A stretch of 64,000 nt of DNA, taken from contig OX597819.1 of NCBI GenBank assembly GCA_951406725.2, positions 106,702,001 through 106,766,000 of the forward strand, read 5' to 3'. Positions 56,816 through 64,000 of the stretch are shown here, piece after piece. The translations under genes and the position numbers were made by a program. The notes beneath the pieces were generated by a model. That model had not been told where the DNA came from, searched no databases, and saw only the letters and a program-made list of their open reading frames with translations. Numbering within the stretch: position 1 is the stretch's first letter; each line of letters begins with the position of its first letter. The stretch comes from Octopus vulgaris. Lineage: Eukaryota.

Positions 56816-57955
56816 ATATATATATATATATATATATGCAGCTTTTAAAAGAACTGACAGGAAACTCCTTATGGCATGAAGTGACTAGAACACATTCTTG
56901 ACGGAAATAGTAGTTATGTGTAAGTTAAAACACCAATAGGCAGAAACATTAAATACGCCTCGAGTAACCGACGAATATTACAGTATACTGAACTGAATAA
57001 ATTATACAAATTAATTTCATGTCTGTTGGAGATATTCTGTGTGTGATCCCTGAAATATTTTATTCTCTGCGTGGTCCTAACACTTTTAATGCAATATGTT
57101 TAACTACACTGGACTCGGACAGGACACTTTTGAAGGACGATCAATCTGCATCTATGATAACAAGCTGGTGATGGCGAACTACTGCAAACATAGTAATTTA
57201 TAGCTTATGTACTTAGAAAAATGTGACAAAGTAAACTCCGAGAGAGCAAAATGAATTACAAACCCTTACGTCATTAGCTATAGACAAATATATAATAAAA
57301 TTTTGCCAAGAATGTCAAAAGACGAATAAATGAAATATAATATTATTACGGCTTAATATTGAAAGCAGAGACAAATATGAAGCATAAGTTAAAGACAGCA
57401 ATACTGAAGCTGTTTTGAGTAGAAAATCACGAAAAATAATGCTTGCATTTAAATACCCAATTCAAAATCTGACATAGAAATACTGTTTACCAAGAATAAA
57501 AAAATAAATAAAAAGGATTCCTGCAACTAGATATGTATAAAATAAGTATGAAATATCTAGAATAGAAATTTTTGAAAATTCTAAATAAAGAGTGATAGAA
57601 ATTTAATAAAAGATAGTGATAAACCACTTTAAAAAATACAAAATTTACTTTCTGCCTTCAAGGAATACAGCAAACAATTACGATAAATAAGAACAGTGAT
57701 TGTGAAAAACTTAAACTGTAACATTAGAATGGGGTTGCAGAACGGCAGGATAAAAGAAAAAAAAAATGTCTGCAACGAAGTTGACTCGGCCATTCTTTCA
57801 AAACATTGAACAAGAGAGAAAAATCACTGCCTACCACACATATGAAGAGTAATTTCAATACAATAAGAAATACAAACCCATAATTAATATCGCTCCGGGG
57901 CAGATACAACCGCTTTTGTTGGGACAAACAATGTACTGTAAGAAAGAGATGATTA

Positions 57956-57958
<3 letters not shown>

Positions 57959-58041
<83 letters not shown>

Positions 58042-58103
58042 TAGTAACAATAATAATAATAATAATAACAATAATAATGATGATGATGATGATGATGATG
58101 ATG

Positions 58104-58158
<55 letters not shown>

Positions 58159-58228
58159 TAATAATAGTAATAATAATAAGAAGAAGAAGAATGATAATAA
58201 TAATGATATTAATGATAATAATAATAAC

Positions 58229-58263
<35 letters not shown>

Positions 58264-58339
58264 TAATAATAACAACAATAATGATGATGATGATGATAAC
58301 GATAATAAAAATAATAATACTAACAATATTAATGATAAC

Positions 58340-58377
<38 letters not shown>

Positions 58378-58388
58378 TAATAATAATA

Positions 58389-58461
<73 letters not shown>

Positions 58462-58478
58462 TAATAATAATGATAATG
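57959..58478. repeat. ~520-bp imperfect (AAT/GAT)n tract
   Basis: Trinucleotide array; gives the poly-I/L ORFs. Confidence 0.97.
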
Positions 58479-59020
58479 CCCTGATGCAGTACCAAGCAGT
58501 GGCTCTCGTGGCTTCTGATCTTAACTGATTGGAAGTGTTATCATGTACATTTTGAAGATGGGCTACAGCAAATTTTCTTCTCAATACCACACGTTTGCCT
58601 GTCAGTTGTTTGACCTTAACCAGTTGAGAATGACCTTAGTGGCTGACGATATATGCCTCTTTGATCACGAACAAAAGTAGTCGGGGAGCATTATAGCCAT
58701 GTGTTGAGAGGGTTTCTTTGGGGTTTGAATAATTCACCTCCGGAAACATGGGTGTTTCATTCAACATCCTTAAACAACCCTTATTCAGGGACCTTTTGAA
58801 CGGGATGGATTACTCGACCAGAAGAAGATTCTAACTGGGCCCCACCTGCAAGGTCATGCACTGTTTATCTTGATATGAGATCACTATGTCGCGCACATAT
58901 GGTTGTGATGCATGTGCCTGGTGTACCCTTATCACACGGGTAGTCATGGTGGGTATACTGGGCTTCGTATATTTTACCCCATACCACAACTTTGATGGCA
59001 TGCACTGTTCTCTAACTCAG
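58479..59020. repeat. Unclassified GC-richer insert bounded by (AAT)n
   Basis: Abrupt composition change; ends ...CTCAG(TAA)n like the Dong-type tails nearby. Confidence 0.5.
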
Positions 59021-59279
59021 TAATAATAATAATAATAACGAAAGTATGAGGATGACAAGAAGAAGAAATAGAAAAATAAGGAGCAGGGAGAGTAAATTTG
59101 GGTTGAATGAAATGTAAAATTCTGTCAATGTATATTACAGAAGTGAAAGTTTATTGTTACCGTTTTTTACCAATTGTACAGAAAATATAATCCTAGAATG
59201 GATGACAAAGAATGAACCGTAATACTTCAGAAGGATAAAGAAAATGCAGAAGACTATAATAATGATTTAAAAGTTTGGC

Positions 59280-59430
59280 ATAAGCCGCTGGTTCGGGGTA
59301 GGGGCCGAGGCAATTTCATCGTCCTCAGTACTCAATTGGAACTTATTTTATCGACCCCAAAAGGATGAAGGGCAAAGTCAACCTCGGCAGAATTTGAACT
59401 CAGAATGTAAAGACGGTAGAAATTCCGCTA
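59280..59430 (-). mobile_element. SINE fragment with Nin-like domain
   Basis: ACTTATTTTATCGACCCC.AAAGGATGAA.GGCAAAGTC.ACCTCGGC.GAATTTGAACTC includes a reverse B box; decayed relative at ~48690-48800. Confidence 0.65.
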
Positions 59431-59949
59431 TACCAGTAATTATAAAACTATTCTAAGCATATTAATGGTCTTGAAAATGCCATCTAATGTCATAGAAGAT
59501 GAAACTTATAACATCGGATCGTAGGAAAACTTATGAATAGCAGCATAAAAAAAGCTGCAGAAAGAAATCAGGGAGAATTGATGATCGATTATATATAGAC
59601 AGACTAGTATAATACGAAAGATGAACTGGGCTGTTTGTTAACTAAATTACAGCAAAACATTCGATAATGTACTGCACTATTGATTTCTGCGGTATCTTCC
59701 TATTGTAAAACGCACACTACACTAAATTAATACTGATAGGTTCTATTTACAAAGAAGAGAAGAGTTTTTTTTTTTAACACAGAATACCCATCAGTAATAC
59801 TATTTAGCACTTGAAAATCGAAGTTATGCACAATCGCACACTACTATACTCATTTTCTCCCGAAAATCTCACTGAAATTGAGAAATTTCAAGCATAGAAA
59901 AATGACCGCAGAAATATCCGGGAAGAAAGAACTGAAATCTAATCCATGC

Positions 59950-61540
59950 AACAGCCTGAGTACCTTGCATGTGAAGAACAATGATTGTAACTAAGATACG
60001 GGAACCTAAATAAAATATAAATCTGAATCTGCGATTATATCCACTCAGAAAGAAGCTATGAAATGTATTTGATAGCGACAATGATTGGGAGGACTTTGTC
60101 AGACCACGCACGCTGGATGTGGGAAAATGAAGATAAAAGTCTTAAGTGAGACAGTAACCGAGCACAAAAAGAGAATTAATGTAGGAAAGCTTGTAGCAGT
60201 ATGACGCTTTTCTACTACCTTGTCGCTGAATTCATTAGTGAGCGTTACCAATGATACAATTACTAACAGATGATAGCAAATATATACTACGACAATTGCG
60301 CTCTAAACGGAACAAAGCAGCAGTCCTCTTTTTCACCAATTCAAGTAGGAGTCTCTGTTTAATGTTTCGACAAAAATTTACAACAGCGAAACAGGAAAAC
60401 AAGAAAACATCGTACTCAGTAACAAAACAGGTAAAGAAATAAATAAGTGAATTCCAAATATTAAATATACCACTATTAGACGTACTGGCAACAAGCACAG
60501 AAAAAGCTAGGCGTATGAAAAGCCGAGTTAAAACTGCTGCTTTAGATATTCTTACTGATAACTGGCAAATAAAATCTCTCAATGGCAAATACCCAAAGAA
60601 AGTTAATGATGACGATGCTGACAAAAGCGCTTACACATCAATGGTTAGTATTTTCTGACTTAAAATCAGAGACAGAAGTTTTTATCATAACAGCTCTAGA
60701 TCAATGCCTACCTACATGGAGCTACCAGGCCAACATATTAAAGAACGGGTATAACCCATGTCGTGTATATAAACAACGAAATGAAACCATTGATCATGTT
60801 AATTATTTACATTATTTACAATGGACTGATGTGTCCTCAATTTGTTTGTTGATTCCGACTGATTTGCACTCCAGCCTTCAACAGGTGTCCTGGAAGAATT
60901 TTGAAGCCGACCCTAGGTTCTCGTTCCGAAGATAATTCTACCAGGATCTCCCGTGCTTGGAAATGATCATATCTCACTCCTCTGGAACTTCACCGTTCAA
61001 ACTGACAGAAAGACAGATTTGAATATGTCAGACACTATATTGAAGGACTTTAGACAAAAGTCAGGCATCCTCCTCATTGATATGACTGTCCCAATCGACA
61101 TAAATGTATCTGTCAAGATCTACCAAAAACTGAGCAAATATAAACATCATGAAATAGAAATTGGGCAAATGTGAAACCTCAAGACTAAAATAATACCTGT
61201 TGTCATAGATGCCCTAGGAATGATAGCAAAAGTGGCTGATTGCTAACTAGCTCAGACACCAGGAAACCCGAAAATGGCTGATATTCAAAAGATAGTGCTC
61301 ATGTGAACTGCCCATATCATAGGTAAAATACAGTCTATGTAATCTGAAATTTTAAAACACACTTAAAATTTTCTCATGTTTTCTTAAACATTCTCTAGAA
61401 CAATACTATGTACAAAACTAAATATATGACAACCTAGTCATATCACCATCATGAACATCTCTCTTGTTTTCTCTTTAGGTCTCTGGATGAGACTTAGAGT
61501 CAACTTGTACAAACACAAAGCAAAGGTCAAACATATAATT
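59950..61540 (+). mobile_element. Old decayed R4/Dong-type non-LTR retrotransposon, 3' part
   Basis: HQWL..SDLKSETEVFIITALDQCLPT..Y, CRV...ETIDHV, LLWNFTVQTDRK, IDMTVP, KLSKYK..EIEI across broken ORFs. Confidence 0.85.
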
Positions 61541-61616
61541 ACAATAATAATGGTATAAGCCAAGATATAGACAAATAGGCGAAGGAGGTTGAAACAGAAT
61601 TAAAAATATGATGATG

Positions 61617-61683
<67 letters not shown>

Positions 61684-61684
<1 letters not shown>

Positions 61685-62641
61685 CATGAAGAAGAAGCAG
61701 AAGATGAAGAAACAACAAAAGCTATAAAAAAAATGAAATCCAAACTAAAAATAGAACAGCAACGAACCATGATAAAACGATGGCAAGAAATGCCCCTTCA
61801 TGGTAAATACTGGACTAAACTAAACGCAAAAGAAATAGACAAAGAAAAATCCCAGCAATGGTTGAGAAGCTCAGGACTCAAAGCAGAAACAGAGGGATTT
61901 TTAATTGCAGCAGAAGACCAAAGCCTCCCCACCAGAAATTACCAAAAAACATGTAATGAAAAGAAATATTACAAGTAACTGCAGAATATGTGGAGATGGA
62001 CAAGAAACAATAAATCATATTATCTCTAGCTGCCCAGTCTTGGCTAAGAAGGAATATATTCACAGACATGACAGAGTTGGAACCTACATACATTGGAAGC
62101 TATGCCAACATTATGGAATAACAACAGAAAAAAGATGGTATAGGCACACACCAGAAAAGGTCACAGAAAACGAGAAAGCAACCATACTCTGGGATATGCC
62201 GATACACACAGATAGAGAAATTAAGGCCAACAGACCAGATATAGTTGTCAGAGATCATGAAGAAAAAAATGCTTTCTAACTGATGTATCAATACCGGCTG
62301 ATGACAACGTGTCTCTAAAAGAAATGGAGAAACTCTCAAAATACAAAGACCTGGAAATAGAGGTAACTAGAATGTGGAATCTGAAAACAGAAACAATTCC
62401 TATCATAGTAGGTGCATTAGGCATGATAAAAAAATATTCTGACAAATACATAACAAAAACACCAGGACTTACAAACACATATAACATACAGAAAATTGCA
62501 CTACTAGGCACTGCACACATCCTACGCAGAACACTTTCCATACAATAACCATCAGAGCATCACAACAAATCACAGCACATACCCAAGGCACACAGAGCTG
62601 CGCTTGGTAGTGAGTGAAAGCACGCTATAAAAATAAAACTA

Positions 62642-62644
<3 letters not shown>
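61684..62644 (+). mobile_element. 5'-truncated R4/Dong-type non-LTR retrotransposon (CCHC knuckle plus restriction-like endonuclease)
   Basis: WQEMPLHGKY, CRICGDGQETINHIISSC, RHD, RPDIVV...D, KYKDL in three ORFs split by frameshifts; (AAT)n on both sides. Confidence 0.95.
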
Positions 62645-62732
<88 letters not shown>

Positions 62733-62784
62733 GTCACTCCCGGATAAATGAAAGGAAGGATTAAAAATAATCCTCTTCAAAATA

Positions 62785-62837
<53 letters not shown>

Positions 62838-62947
62838 ATAATAATAATAATAATAATAATAACAATAATAATAATAATAGTAATAATAATAATAATAATA
62901 ATAACACCCATTACTTAAGATAGAACAGCGCTATTTAGTTACACTGG

Positions 62948-63289
<342 letters not shown>

Positions 63290-63519
63290 TAATGATGATG
63301 ATAATGGTCACTTCCTGATAAGTGTTTGAAAGAAAGGATTAAAAATAACAGAAGCTTCATCTATTTGCCATGGATACGTTAATGCAATTTGTGTCCAGGT
63401 ATGAATTTTGTTATGAAGATAAAATGGGGTCAATAATGATCTTGATTTTGTCCGGAATTGGACAAATGTGTCTGCTGATTGCAGGATATAAATATTTAAT
63501 TTTTCTGTTTCTTCAATTG

Positions 63520-64000
63520 CAATTGCTTTGATGCGTCATGACATATTTTGAGCCATCCAAGTCGTTCTTTCAGAGCTTCACAATTAAGGAAGATGCGGAA
63601 GATCCAATCTCAGAAGAGATAAATACTGCTATTAAAATATTTCCAATGGTAAAGCTCCTGGACAAGATTGTATTCCCTTAGAAGTGTACAAGCATGGTGG
63701 TAGACAACTTGTAAGAAATGCTGCAAGCGTGATTCTTCGCCACAACAGTAAGAATGTATTAAACAGAATATGTCCTAAACCCCAACGTAGAGAAGCTAGG
63801 GAGAGGCACAGTTGTTATGAGGTAAGTTGAAGAGAAGTCACGTGAATAAAATGCTGATTTATACATGGTCTTTGTCGACTTGGCCAATGCATTTGTTAGT
63901 GGATCGTGAGGTGCTTTGGAAAATTTTGGTAAAATTTGGTTTTCCTGATAAATGATAAAGACAATATTGTCGTTGCACGAAAGAACGATAGCAACAGTGA
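63520..64000 (+). pseudogene. Decayed RTE-clade LINE RT (runs off the window)
   Basis: PISEEINTAIK...KAPGQDCIPLEVYKHGG...YMVFVDLANAF...LWKILVKFGFPDK, with frameshifts. Confidence 0.85.

Noticed and set aside
57724-58590. 288-aa poly-Leu ORF, the longest in the track
   Set aside because: Translation of an (AAT)n microsatellite.

Overview
AT-rich, microsatellite-dense eukaryotic non-coding DNA. I recognise no host protein-coding gene; the repeat content resembles a cephalopod (Octopus-like) genome, which is an inference. Nearly all ORFs in the track are translations of (TA)n/(CA)n/(AAT)n/(GATA)n repeats or decayed transposon fragments. Recognisable content: Penelope-like element (PLE) relics (RT and GIY-YIG), four or five Tc1/mariner relics or MITEs, a complete non-autonomous Helitron, tRNA-derived SINEs, RTE LINE fragments and R4/Dong-type RLE LINEs in (AAT)n tracts. 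The most notable signal is RNA-level: about a dozen hammerhead ribozyme (HHR)-like motifs in short non-coding repeats inserted at (TA)n. Two stand out. (i) A ~800-830 bp tandem array (21.1-23.0 kb) carries, in each copy, a 62-nt motif with all three hammerhead strands in a non-canonical order, implying a pseudoknot or assembly across repeat units. (ii) A young 362-bp retrozyme-like unit, in tandem plus inverted arrangement (30.4-31.2 kb), has an HHR with a compensatory U3-A8 core. All ribozyme calls come from manual pairing; none is tested.
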